In this document: positions 11,970-25,471 of the stretch, in pieces
Layout of the letters: each line of letters starts with the position of its first letter
How positions within the stretch are numbered: the first letter of the stretch is position 1
Translations under genes and position numbers: made by a program
Notes under the pieces: generated by a model
Database searches by the model: none
Told to the model about the DNA's origin: nothing
The model's input: only the letters and a program-made list of their open reading frames with translations
Assembly: GCA_951406725.2 (NCBI GenBank)
Contig: OX597816.1
Span: forward strand, 96,162,001-96,226,000
DNA: 64,000 nucleotides
Origin: Octopus vulgaris
Lineage: Eukaryota
Direction of reading: 5' to 3'

Positions 11970-14273
11970 TGTGTGCGCGTGTATGAGTGTGTGTATGTGT
12001 GTGTGTGTGTGTGTGATTCTGTATATATCCATGTATGTACATATATGCACACACACATATATATGCATAAATTATAAGACATTAGTAAGTCGTGAAAGCC
12101 AAGTTTAGACTGTGGCACGACAACGGATGCGACATGAAAGACATGTAACATCTCTGGGAGGCTAGTGCCTTGCATTACTAATAATTGCCAAGACACTAGA
12201 AGCTGAGTAAATTTTACAGTACTTTGCTAAATATACGTCTTGACATCTTGTAATGGCTCTTAGCACTTATTAATTGCATTAGAGATATACCACGTCAACG
12301 AGTTGTAGTATGACCATACCGCACTTTATGTAAAGCAGCTGAGACTGAATGTAGTTGAGATATGACGCCCTCTATATATATACTGCAGCAATTTTGAATT
12401 GGTACCTCTATGCGTCTCTGGTGCTGCAGCGACCAACCGTAAGTGACAGTGTGCGCGTATACATGTGTGTTCATATATGTGTATATGAGGATTGTGTGAA
12501 CATGGTTGCTTATATGTATGGGGTTGGTATATGTGTTTACGTGCATTTTCAGTTAAGCATTATAGACTGGTTGCATGTAAAATTTTACGTTCTTCTCTTT
12601 ACAATTCAGTTAAAGGCAAATACAAAAAATTGGCAGAATATTAAGTAAAAGATAAATATCAGGATGGAGAATAATCTTTTAGTGATAATGAATTCGAGAT
12701 TTCCATCTATGCGAATAGGCAAAAAAGTTAAGTAGGGTATAGTGGTAGTATAAGTAATATTTAAAATGTACAAACCTTCCATCTTGTAACTTTAAAATGT
12801 TTTTGCAATAATGGCATTGAAAAAATTCTTTGCTTTTAATACATTGTGTTACTTGCCGCAGGCTTTCGTAAATGCGGTAAGTTACAGCCACTATTAGGAC
12901 CACAATAAAGACTTCTCTGGGTTATACTTACTCAAGTCTCGTTAGGTTAATAATTTCCCGAAAGGAAGTTTAGCGTCCTCTCGGTGGATAACATTAAATA
13001 TATTACGTTGGTAATCGATTTAAATGGCTTTTAAGTAAATTCCACTAGCGATAAATACTACAACTATTTCGAACTAACGTGAACGCTTCTGTGTGATTGA
13101 TCGACATGATAGAAATAGCAGCTTAATCTAGCAAAGCAACACTCTACCGTCTTGATAATGTATATCTTAAATAATGTAGTCAAGAGATTCTTGTACATAA
13201 AAAAAAATGAGAAACACGGAAAGGTCATGGTTGTTATGGCTTTGATCATACAATGTTTCAAACAGGAAAGCATCTATTGTGTCGTTTGATTTGCTAAAAA
13301 TAACAGCAAAGTTAATTGCTTGTTAAAATCGTTCACAAACAATCTAAGATATAGCCCTGAAGGAACTGTCATGACTTAAATGCATTTGATCATCATTTTT
13401 TTTTCTTAATGAGGCTTGATCTGATACTGAAATACTTCAACTGCATCTATTTACTATTGTCAACTGGTTGGTTACAGTGAGCGAGTGAGTGAGATCGGCT
13501 ATCTATTGTTTTTACAGAAATATGAGGAGACAGCCACCGCCTAAGGCAATCAAGTATAAACAATGACTTTATATCAGCCATCTCTGTTCTGTTAGAACTT
13601 CTCGGAGACATGTCCAACAGTTACCGTTGTTATATCGTCACTTCTGACAAGCGAACTCTTGATACACTGGAATGATGAGAAACTTTTGCGCTCCAGTGCA
13701 CAGAAATAAAAGTATAAAATAAGAACCTATATGTCCCACACGCAATATTAGTATTTGATACCAATCTTAAGAGATCTCATCGTAGTACCCCTGTAAGAAG
13801 CGTTCTGCTCATATTATTTTATCCATATTTTGGGATCCGATAACCTGACTTGACGCCGAGAAAACACCAGAGTAACAGTCAATTAGATTCATGAATAAAA
13901 GTTAGAAGTAACTGATGGACATACAGTTAATTTTGAAGTGGTTGTCTATTTAAAATTAGATCTGCGACTCTGAAATGCTGCAGTTTTTCTAAATCGTGAA
14001 GACGTGCACACTAGGCGACAAAATTTGCAAGTCTCCCGTCACTTTAAGTTGTACTGGTGGTGTCTAGGTTTTTGATTGTATAAGGCGCGTAGTGTTAAGT
14101 AGTGGTGGTGGGGCTGAGGGCGAACAAAGCGTTGAAGACATCGAAAGTGCCTCAACGGATTACGAGACAATTGTAGTTGCGGTTGCAACGTTAGAAAGAG
14201 GTGCGAGTATGTCTATTAATCAGAAGTTAGTGTTTGTGATTTCATGTCCTTTCACTGAATGCGTCCAATGATA

Positions 14274-14324
<51 letters not shown>

Positions 14325-15929
14325 GTGTGTGCTTGTGTGTGTGTGTGTGTATGTGTGTGCGTGCGTGTTTGTGTATGTGTCTAAAATCAGACCTCTCCTA
14401 GATGTCGGAGCGATATTCAATTGTGCGTTTTCCATGAACTTCGTTGATAACCGGTAGTTCATACGTAGGGATTGATTTTTTTTATTTTGGTCCCAAAAAG
14501 GAAAGATCCTTACTGGCAATGGGGCTAAACAGTTGAAATGATCATCTTAGGGACTATAGTTGTCTGATGTACAAGTTAAACTGAGGTTAGGCAGCTAACT
14601 TGTTATGCAGAGCGATTGTGTTCTTTTTGCTGTTCAGACAAGATTATGATCTCAATTGAACGACTGTTTAATGAGACCTCTGCTCATAAAGACGGTGCAG
14701 ATTTAACGTGACGCAAAGAGGTTGCGTATGATAACTTGGATGAGAAATATTAATGAGAAACAAAGGGTAGTCTAACTGATAAAGAAAGGCAAGGAGAGCT
14801 ATATTGGAATGGAGTGTGATAGTTAAAATTAGGAAAATGTAAGTAATGGAAGTCCCACAATATTTCAACTCCATACTAACTTTGATGGGTAAATTAGTGG
14901 TAGAACTTAAGGCTCTCAAAACACTCCCAGTTTATAAGGCTGTCAATGCTTAAAGCAATCCTTGTTACAAGTTTCTGTACTTGTCTACATGTTTAGACTG
15001 ACCGGACAAATGAGAGTTAAGTAACAAATATAATTCAGATAGTGGTATTCATTTTATCTCGTGAAGAAAAAGAGAACTGTAACGTTTCGAACGCTTATTC
15101 TTAAGAGAAAAAGAAATAATATGTCAATGCCCCACAACCACAGAAACAAGAAATAAAAGGACATATTTTCTGGCTGAATAATGTACTTTTCTTTTCACCG
15201 AGAAAATTCATTACTTTTATGGGATTCTACTGTTTTATGTAGAGTAATTTCGGCCTTTGTCATGGAGCAAAATATCAGCGATGCTTTGAACACCCCCAAT
15301 ACGTCATTGAATTTCTCTTAAACTCTTATGATGAACGAAGAAATGAATTGCACTATCTATTCTCTGTTATACTTATCCAATCTATAACGATAGGTGGGCT
15401 AAGGCCCTAGAGTTCATGAATTCTGTATTGAAAACCATATAACATCACTTCTGGGATATGACTGCTGCACGTTTCATTAGGAGATCAAAATGATAACGAG
15501 TAGATTAAACATTAATCATGCAACTTTCAAAGAAAGATAATTTGGACATTTCGAAAGCTAACATTTTAGTCACGAAATATATAATGCACAGCGTGAAATA
15601 CACTTCTATGCTGAGAAATTAGTTTGAAGATTTATATTGGAATTATTATATGACATGTGATGTTAAAATGTTTGCTTGGCAATCATCTGGTTCTGTGTTC
15701 GATACAACTGCGCGGCGACAAGGGCGAAAATTTCCTCCATTTCAGAATTGTACGGGAGTGAATTTAGGAAAGATGCGTTCTGGGTTCAACCTTTGACAAT
15801 TAACTTTTATCCTAGCTTCGGTAAATTTTCACTGTGATTTATATTCGGAGAAGAGAATGTTAGAAAATTTGATAAATATACGATAAATATAAATATAAAA
15901 GAATACACACGCATGCACAAACACACTTA

Positions 15930-16083
15930 CGTACATACATACATACATACATACATACATACATACATACAAACATACATACGTGCATACAGACGTACGT
16001 ACATACATGCATGCATACAAACGTACGTGCTCACATACATACATACATACATACATACATACATACATACATACATACATACA

Positions 16084-16115
<32 letters not shown>

Positions 16116-16120
16116 CATAC
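15930..16120. repeat. (TACA)n microsatellite
   Basis: Directly visible. Similar tracts at 20110-20310 and 60150-60310. Confidence 0.97.
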
Positions 16121-16595
16121 ATATAGTGAGTAGATGAAAGCAAAATCAATTTAGTGTAGATAACAGAGTGTAGTGAATAAATGGACGGGAACTTAAACTT
16201 CGACCCCTTTATGCATGGCCGGGGCTTCTGAATTGAAAGTATGCTTATCGAACGGTTAATGGAGGTTATAAAGCAGATAAACTCGAGTAGGGTTGAGACG
16301 TATATATACGCAGAGCGCAAAATACAGATGATCCACGTAAATATACCTCTTAACCTACCTGCATTTGTCTTACTCTACCACTACCGCTCTCTCTCTCTCT
16401 CTCTCTGTACACACACGTATGTATATATATATATATATGCATGCATGTATGTAGGTAAATTTCTAAATAATCTACAGAACAGCAAATGACTGTTTACTGT
16501 TGGTGTGACTCTATAACGGCAGTAGAGTTAATCTTATTGTGAAGTTCAAGTTGATTGGTACTTCGGCCTGATCTTTAGTATATGTGTGCGTATGT

Positions 16596-16629
<34 letters not shown>

Positions 16630-19098
16630 CTGTATGCACTAGTACGTATGTTCCCATTTGTGTGCTTGTGTGTACCTCCATGTGAGTATTAGCAATCAAT
16701 GCCAGAATTGGTTCGTTCATCTTTATGACATACGGTTACGTTACTTTATTTTGTGATCACGTTTCTTTGGACCAGGTACGACACTATCTTCCCTCTGGTG
16801 CATACGTTTATTTACCGAGGTAGATGAATATATGTACATGACAAAGAACTACGGTTAATAAAAACTACGACAATCTTTGAAGACGGTGTCCCACAATGGC
16901 CGCAGTCTAATGCCTAAAACAGGTAAAGAAAAGAATAAAAGAATAGAAGTTATGGCTTAATCAGACAAAATTACATAAGTATACTGCACAGAGTAAGTTT
17001 ATCTCTTTTTCCGCTGTTACATTTATAAATATTTCCAATATTTTGTGAGGTTACTTGTATGTAATGTAATGAGTATTGTCAAGTTAATCCATACAATTAC
17101 CAATTCTCATTGTTAATTTTTCTACAGCTATGATATCTATATATGTCTATATGTGTGTCTTTTGAGCGAATATTTGTATTGAGATGAATTCATGGATTGT
17201 AATTCAATAAATTTCCAAGGCCACGGGTGTATGATATATTATTTTAAATGATAAAATGAAGGAAGGTTATATGATTTTTAAATATTTACTTCTGTGCAAA
17301 TGACTTCAGATAACGCTGCTGAATATAGCATCTCCTTTCGTAACAAGTCATTAATATAATAGCTACAGTCTGCTACATAGATGTCTAGAATTGAATTTAT
17401 CTCTCAAAGAGTAAAAGCTGCTGCGATTTTATATCAGTATCAGCTCGGTAGCACCTTCTGTGTGTGATTTATCATAAAATTTTGAAGCAGCAGGTTCAAA
17501 TTACAATTATACAGGAATCTCATAGTTTTCCCCCGTCAATAGAGAAATGATATATTTCCTTCCATTAAACATCGTGTTTATGCGATGTCAGTATTCCCAT
17601 TGTGGTTTCTGCATTTCATCTTTTCATATTCATCTATTCTGACATTTTCTACCCTCGCCTTTTCCTGATCTGTAAATTAACACTCTGTTTTATCTTTATT
17701 TATCACAGAATCATGCGTGCCCTTTGAAAATATTCTGAAATTTTCCTCTTGAAACCTGCTAATAAAACAGTCCATTTTAACAATATTCTATAAATGTTAT
17801 CAAAGTGAATGCAAAATATATCGACTGCGATTTAGAGGGAAGCCGATTTTAACCCAGAGCTTAACGTTCAAATACACTCGATAATCCAATCGCAAACAGA
17901 GCATTGATTTATTACTTAACATTGCTTTTGATCAGTAATAGGTGTTGTCCCAGAGTAACTGGCTGTAAAATTGGAATCTCATATGGTGATGTGCGCGAAA
18001 CTAGCTTAACTGTTATGTGTGAAAAACATTGGATAGAGTGGTATAATTTTACTACAAGAGAATATTTATCTAATAGAGGTTTCGAAGTAACAAGCAAGTA
18101 AATAAATAAAACATGGATATCATGTGTCCCAGTTATATAATTTCCTTTTTTTGTGCAAACATTTTAGAGTTTATAGCTGTTAAAACAAAATTCACTTAAC
18201 AGAAGTCTGTTATATTCGGTCTCATTAATTTACACAAGTGAGTAGAACCAAAGTAAACAAGCAGATTTTTTTCTAAGAAGGCATCAACAGTACTAATAAC
18301 AGTACTACTACTACTAATAATAATATTTACCTGCTTAGCTCATTAATACATCGCTGAAAATTTAGGAGATAAAGCATTTTTCTGATCATGCGGCGAATAT
18401 AGAAAAGCCGAATGTTTACTGAATTTATCCTTAGATTATCTTATATGCTATGTTTTGTATACATAATACATACATAGACACACATATACATATATATTAC
18501 ACAGACACACACACACACGCATACACACACACTCACACAGACACACACGCGGACATTGACATCGTCTTTCGAATATCGATATCAAGATATCGAGCATAAT
18601 TTCTGTTACTCCTCTATCTCACATAATCTGTCTAATTCTTTTATTAGTTCTTCATAGACATACGCCCACACCTAAAACAGATGTATATGACAAAAAGTTG
18701 CATACACTCAGCAACTAGGATATAAATAATTATTGTAATCAATGTGATAAAGCAATCAAGTTTGCATTACGTGGTTCTTAGTTTGATGTCTCCTGAAAAG
18801 TATGTTTCTACTGCATACTTAGATCGGACCTCATGCCTTCTGAATATTATCAGATTGACAGAAGCCATACCGTAATCTATAAGGTAGGCTGTACATGTTT
18901 GGGGACAGTAAAATTAATCTGTTGCTCAGTTTTACACCATCACCCCTCTCGGTGGTATCTCTAGTGGCAGCCATTCAGCTGTAAATATTACGTCCAGCTC
19001 ACTGATTTGATATAAATTCGATTTTTTGATGATTTGGTTCATACTGTCGTAAACCGTGCGTCATGGTTTCTCAACTAACGCCGTCTCTTTCCGTGTCC

Positions 19099-19131
<33 letters not shown>

Positions 19132-20628
19132 CGCAGTCTGTCTTTTTGTGTCTGACTCCCCTCTCTCTCTCTCTCTCTCTTTCGCCTACCAACCTTGGCG
19201 ATTAATAAACACTTTTCTCCCACCCTGCGATGTCATAAAATAACAAATAAATTTGTCTTGCAGTTATTAAAAAATCACACAAATCCGATTTTTGTCTGCA
19301 CCTGACGATGAATGCGCAATAACTTTCATCGTAAAGGGGAAATTGTCAAATTTTGGGAGAGAAAAAAAACAATGAAATAATAATTATTATTTTTGCGTCA
19401 TATCTGCTTATCTAGCTTTTTCCATCAATATGTTAATGGCTCATTGTATGACTGTTATACTACAATTGAAACATGATGCTAAACTAATGTAAAGCATTAT
19501 ATAAATATCTTCATTTTACATTATTTATTTTAAAATGGGTTTGACAAACATGTTTTTCAGACAAGTAATAGGATGATACAGTCGCTGGCGTGGATGTGTA
19601 ATTTAGGAATTCGATTTACAAACACACAGTTCTGCATTCAGTCACACCTTGAGCGAGTTTCTCTGCAACAATGCCAAATAATGCAGAATTGCGTGTTTGT
19701 AAATATTGGGGTCGACTAAAACGTTGTTTGAAAGTTTTTGGAATGTATACATGTAAATATAGCGGTTCGACAAACGACATCGATTGAATAAGTATCAGGC
19801 TTACAAACAATAAGTCCAGAGGTTGATTTCTTCGACTAATAGCCGGTGCTCCTGCATGGCCACAGTCAAAATGACTTAAACAAATAAAAGAATAAAAGAA
19901 TATATATACATATGTGTGTGTGAAAGAGAGAGAGAGATAGAAAAATAGAGAGAGAGAGAGAGAGAGAGAGAGATGTTCAATTAAAGAATATAAATCATGC
20001 GCAAAATGTTTTATGATAAGCAAATTAACACAGAAATGAAGGAAGGACAATTTTGTGTTAAAAGCATTTTGCTGTTTTCAAATTTTCAAATTCATGAGTT
20101 ATACTCTTACACACATACATACATACATACATACATACATAAATACATATGTACGTACTACATACATACATACACACATACATACACACATACATACATA
20201 TTTACGTACTACATACCTACATACATATATACATGCATACAAATATACATACATACATACATAAATTCATACATACACGAATACATACATATATATACAT
20301 ACATACATGTAAAGGAGAGACAGCGGAATCGGATCGTTGAAGAACAATTTATTTGACTTTGAATTAGCTTCGGCTCTTTGCACCCATTTCAACATTGCAG
20401 TTTGTATTTTGCAATAAGGAGAAAATGCACACCAGATAAAATATTATGGGTAATATAGGTGACCAAGAAATCCTATAAGGGCGGAGTTCTGGCATGGCGT
20501 TACAAAAAAATGGCAAAAGAACAAGAGAATGAAAGTGATATCCCGATAATACTTTGTTTAGTTTAAAGTTCATGTTTCTCTCTGGGTCATATATTCTTCA
20601 ATGCTTTTTACTGTTTATTAAAGGGACT

Positions 20629-21132
20629 GGTGGCCTGGTCAGCCTGTAATGACATGCATAAGATCTGGTCATCAAATCTAAGTAGAGACTTCAAACTTGA
20701 AATATTCAAAGCCACAGTCGAACCAATTCTACTATATGGCTCAGAAACCTGGACGTTATCAAAGAAGCTTGAGAGGCGGTTGGATGGAACCTACACTCCC
20801 CTCCTTATGAGAGCTCAAAATCTCTCGTGGAGGCGCCATCCAACCAAAATGCAAATATATGGGAAACTACCACCTGTGTCATCTCTTGTGAAAGGTAGGA
20901 GAGTCCAGTTTGCTGGACATTGTTGTAGAGCTGAAAAAGAGGTAATTTCTACTCTTCTTCTCTGGAAGCCATCTACTCGCAATACCAGAGGGCGCACACT
21001 CTCCTACCCTGATGTAATCTCCAGGGATACAGGCATCCAGCAACAGGACCTCCGTAATGCCATGATGGACCGTGAAGTCTGGCGTAGCATGGTAAATTCC
21101 ATTGTCTCGACCACGGTCGAACAATGATGATG
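20629..21132 (+). mobile_element. 5'-truncated RTE-clade LINE with TSD and (TGA)n tail
   Basis: Open 165 aa frame (AWSACNDMHKIWSS..IFKATVEPILLYGSETWTL..RRVQFAGHC..DREVWR) typical of the RTE ORF C-terminus. TSD AAAGGGACT at 20620-20628 and 21133-21141. Confidence 0.92.
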
Positions 21133-21459
21133 AAAGGGACTATTTTAATTACGAGATTTTCTTAAAGTATTACTGACCCTAGAAATAAACAATTTCAATA
21201 CCTTGAATGATATGTTTCATTTTCAGGAGATTCTCACAAAGTCCCATCTAAATGATACCGGAATAATGCATGTGAATCTTTGATTTAGGATTAAAGAAAA
21301 TATAGCGTATATAACTAATAGAGGCTAGCCAGGATGATTCTGTGTGGTCGTTCCGTCTTCTAAAAAGAGCAGTTTATTTCTCAAACAATCATACCCCTCT
21401 ATTATATTAAAATAAAGAAATGACATTTTACGCTACGTAGTTTGTAAATCCTTTTAAAT

Positions 21460-21840
21460 ACTTCTGGATTTAGTTCCACAACGTGGCACTTGGGCAACAG
21501 TTTTCTTTTATAGCCTCGGACCGACTAAAGCCTTGTAAGAGGATATGGTAGACAGAAACTGGAAGAAGCTCATCGTATACTCACGCACATACTCACACAC
21601 ACACACACTCTTATATATATATATTTATGTATATACAAGTGTGTGTGTGTGTTTGTGAGTGCGTGCGTGGTTGTGACTGTATCTGTGTGTGCGAGTGCGT
21701 ATGTGTTTCTGTCTGCGTTTGTCTACCACCACCTCTTGACAACCTGTGTTGGTGTGTCTTGGGGTCAATTTGTTCGACTAAAACCATTCAAGCAGTCTCC
21801 CTGCATGACCACAGTCAAATGATTGAAGCAAGTAAAAAAA
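21460..21840 (+). mobile_element. Family C SINE, diverged
   Basis: GTGGCACTTGGGCAA..TAGCCTCGGACCGACTAAAGCCTTGT and the family tail. Confidence 0.75.
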
Positions 21841-22038
21841 AAGCAGAATGTTCGCATCTAGAATGCCTTTAATCATTCTTTTGGCATTGGGCTAAATAAC
21901 TATTCGCCTGTCAGTGTTTAATTGAGAAAAATGTGTTTAGATATATAATAGATTACATACATAATAATATATCTTCATATGATATAGAAACGTGAGTGTA
22001 TCGTTCTATCAGTAATATTTGCGAACATACATGTGAAT

Positions 22039-22107
<69 letters not shown>

Positions 22108-22139
22108 TATTTATATATAAATATATATAAGTAATTACG

Positions 22140-23188
22140 CTATGAATACTAGGAAAAATATTTGGTTAATAATTCCTTACGGGAGACAAATTAAATCTAA
22201 TCTCCCACTGCTGTTTCGTCAAGCTATTGCTAGGAATTTTCCAAACAATTCTAGATATTACTCTATTATCAATTCACATACGATTAGGATAGGTTTTTTA
22301 AAACAAAAACAATCTCTTACAAATTATCTCTTCACATTATAACAAACTGTTAAATATTAATACGTTTACTAATACTAACATTAATTTAGCTAATACCATC
22401 CAACCCTCTAGAAATATTAATAACAAGGTTATTGTATCTGAAGTCAATTCCAATAGAATTAAGTTTATGTCAAGTAACTCTAAGATTAAAAATTCTATAT
22501 ACCAGTGAATAATCAGTACTCGTAATTAACTACGATTTTACATTGGAAGCACCACGTTAGAGTTATCTAAAAGAATTTATATCCATTACTCAACATTTAG
22601 GGATAGAAATAAACGTACCCGTTTCAGCAAACTGATTTGGGATTTAAAAGACCACAATGAACAATTTCATTTAGAATGGTTGATTCTCTCAATTTCGATA
22701 CCTTATGACAAAGGCAAGGAATTCTGTCTTCTCTGCAATTCTGAGCTATTTTTCATTATTTTTTCTAAATATACTCTAGTAATCATGGTTATAGAACGAG
22801 CATACAGATGTAAGCATTGGCAAAAACACACGTTTAGTGCATATAAGTAGTCTCTATCATTATATATAATTTAAACTTTAATTTCCTTTATATTTAACAT
22901 TCACTATTGGTATCCCTACTCTTTCTGTTAGCTACTTATGACGTTATATCATATAACGTTTTTTTAAACAATATTAATAGCGTTCTGTCTATCGTTATAC
23001 AAATCCATCATTTTTTGCTAAAATGTCTTATTGACGAGTTTCCCTTTTTTCACTTTCCTGAGGAGAAGATTGCGTTGTTTATACCATTTATTCTTTTGAA
23101 TAGTATCAGTGGAATTTTTGAAACATGTGTCGAAAGTAAAAATATTTCATTTACACCTGCGTTAAACTCCTTTTATTTATTCATATAA

Positions 23189-23190
<2 letters not shown>
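22140..23190 (+). mobile_element. Penelope-like element 3' portion: linker, GIY-YIG endonuclease pseudogene and terminal repeat
   Basis: NTRKNIWLIIPYGRQIKSNL..NFPNNSRYYSIINSHTIRIGF resembles the PLE R.IIWFNPPY..FP....IFN..T.K.SY region. 22530-22850 reads FYIGSTTLELSKRIYIHYSTF..FSKLIWDLKDHNEQFHLEWLIL..PYDKGKEFCLLCNSEL..YRCKHWQKH*, matching a PLE GIY-YIG endonuclease. Confidence 0.88.
23052..23137 (+). ncRNA. Type I hammerhead ribozyme motif, intact core
   Basis: ACTTTC-CTGAGGA-GAAGATT..AATTTTT-GAAA-C-ATGT-GTC-GAAAGT. Perfect 6 bp stem I, palindromic ACATGT in stem III, GUC site (C23131). Lies ~200 nt downstream of the PLE endonuclease stop. Confidence 0.85.
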
Positions 23191-23229
<39 letters not shown>

Positions 23230-23233
<4 letters not shown>

Positions 23234-23621
23234 TAATACTAAGTAATTAAGGGTTTAGCAACGAATTGCCTCACCAACACACCGAATTTAGAAATAGCAG
23301 TCAAAGAGATATAGCTATTCCTTCTACTAAAAGGGGGATCTCAGTAAAAACACAGCACTTGAAAGGCAAACACAGACAGGTAAGAAAGAGAGAATGAAAT
23401 GACGGCAATCTATCATACAATTTTAAGTTACCTACGGACGTACGTTTCGAAATCAAGTTTTAGGAGAGCATAAGAATTAGAAAATTCTACTTTACCCAAA
23501 CTTCTTTTCTCATCCCCCTTTTAGTAGAAGGAATAGCTATATCTCTTTGACTGCTATTTCTAAATTCGGTGTGTTGGTGAGGCAATTCGTTGCTAAACCC
23601 TTAATTACTTAGTATTACTTA
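23230..23621. repeat. Perfect 110 bp inverted repeat with 172 bp spacer (PLE terminal repeat inversion, family P2)
   Basis: 23230-23339 is the exact reverse complement of 23512-23621. Confidence 0.95.
23431..23514 (-). ncRNA. Hammerhead motif truncated in the CUGAUGA box
   Basis: Minus strand reads ..GATGA-GAAAAGAAGTTTGGG..CCTAAAACTTGATTTC-GAAA-C-GTAC-GTC-CGTAGG. The leading CT and 5' stem I are replaced by the inverted arm. Confidence 0.7.
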
Positions 23622-23710
23622 AATTTTCCTCGAATGGGGCTTTTACATGCCGAAATCTACTAGGTGTAATTGATAATTATTCCAAATTAATTAATTTCAC
23701 CTTTATTATA

Positions 23711-23767
<57 letters not shown>

Positions 23768-23949
23768 CCTTTGCCTTGAGGTAGTACTGCTATTGTATTT
23801 ACTCTTATCGCTTTTCTTTTATCGAAACAGTAAGTTACGTGAACATAAACAAACGCTGGTAAGGACAAGCATAGCATAAACACAAAGGCATTCACATTAA
23901 TGTATATCTGACACTCACTCACACGCACATACACCTCAAGGAAAGGATA

Positions 23950-24122
23950 ATGAAAACAGCAGAAACGTTAGCACGCCGAGTGAAATGCTTAGCAGTATTT
24001 CGTCTGTCTTTATGTTCTGAGTTCAAATTCCGCCGAGGTCGACTTTGCCGTTTATCGTTTCGGGGTCGATAAATTAAGTACTAGTTGCGTACTGGAGTCG
24101 ACGTAATTGACTGCCCCACCCC
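23950..24122 (+). mobile_element. Family M SINE, 3'-interrupted
   Basis: GCAGAAACGTTAGCACGCCG..GAGTTCAAATTCCGCCGAGGTCGAC..CGGGGTCGATAAATTAAGTAC. Confidence 0.85.
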
Positions 24123-24129
24123 AGTTGGG

Positions 24130-24490
24130 AAATTTGGATAATTTTAGCCAATCAACAGACAGCGAGGCATTAACAGCTTGTTATCATGGGAACCGTACGC
24201 TCTGTTGTGTTTCACTTCACCCGTGTCTGTGCCGCACTTTGTTCTGTGTTGATTCTTCACACTACAAGGTTCTTTTCACCTGCGTGTTTTGTTTTAATTT
24301 TTCTGTGTATCAGTGTATTACATATTTCCTGTACATTTGTATTTTTACATATTTTTCATTTCGTATACTATTCATATATTTTTCATATATTTTTACTGTG
24401 TTGATTCTTCACACCACACGGGATTAATTTTACTCGCGAGTTTTGTTTTTAATTTTTCTGTGTGTTAGTACATTACATTATTTTTGATCA
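24130..24490 (+). repeat. Unclassified repeat with internal ~152 bp tandem duplication (possibly Helitron-derived)
   Basis: CTGTGTTGATTCTTCACAC..TTTTGTTTTAATTTTTCTGTGT..ATTACAT starts at both 24244 and 24396. Confidence 0.55.
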
Positions 24491-25051
24491 GTGATATTCT
24501 TATCATAGTTTACAAATCCAAGCATGAAAACGTTACTCAATTTTGGAGATTTGTAGACAGACACCACCTTTTCACATACACGCACGTACGCACTTATATA
24601 TTAATGATGTACACAAATACATGACAGGTAGACATAATACTGAAATACACATAAAATAAACATATGCAGACAAATGTATTAACATAACAAATTTTAAAAA
24701 TAATAAAAACATACAATCAATGAAGAGAGAAAAAGAAACAGAAAGATGTTGATTTTATCAGGTATTTCTGTTTATTTAGAAACCTACAATGAACAGACGC
24801 TAAACTATAAATTTCACAGGTGCAACCTTAAAGTTGACACCGCTCCGCTAAACGCAGAAAAATTCTGTCTCGCTATTGTCTAAAAATACACAGCTTTTTT
24901 TCGATTTTTAAACCTCTGTAACTTTTCCCTCCACAACATCATATCTTCATAGAAATAAGAGTTATTATAGCTGATTTTCAGAGTCTTACTTCTTCCTTTT
25001 AAATAATGCAGTTTCACAAAATGCAGATTTTGTGAATCAGTTTAACTAGAT

Positions 25052-25097
<46 letters not shown>

Positions 25098-25098
<1 letters not shown>

Positions 25099-25260
25099 GA
25101 CGGGCTTTCAATTTCCTTCAACTAAATCCACTCACAAAGTTTTGGCCGGCCCGAGGCTATAGTAGAAGACACTTGTCCAAGGTGCCACACAATGTAACTG
25201 AACCCGGAAGCATGTGATTGAGAAGGAAGCTTCTTACCACACAACCACTCTTGCGCCTCC
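25098..25260 (-). mobile_element. Family C SINE 5' half (tRNA head + CORE-like block)
   Basis: Reverse complement reads GGCGCAAGAGTGGTTGTGTGGTAAGAAGC..GGGTTCAGT..GGCACCTTGGACAAGTGTCTTC. Confidence 0.8.
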
Positions 25261-25405
25261 TACACACATACATAAACATAAAGTTATAAATATATATGCA
25301 TAAACATATATACAAATATATATACATATATATATATATATAAGAAATTAACTGCGTAAAAGTCAATACGAAGAGTATTCGATCCAGTGAGAATTCAATA
25401 TTACT

Positions 25406-25471
25406 AAACGTTTCAACTACATGCACTTATCGCGCTACTCATAGTTTCCCGTACATGCATGCGTTCATCAG
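25406..25471 (-). ncRNA. Hammerhead-like motif, stem I lost
   Basis: CTGATGA-ACGCATGCA..TGCATGTAGTT-GAAA-C-GTT. The 5' flank is replaced by a SINE tail fragment. Confidence 0.5.

Noticed and set aside
19299-19350. CTGACGA followed by a hairpin, a possible hammerhead
   Set aside because: No GAAA immediately after the stem and no stem I or III.
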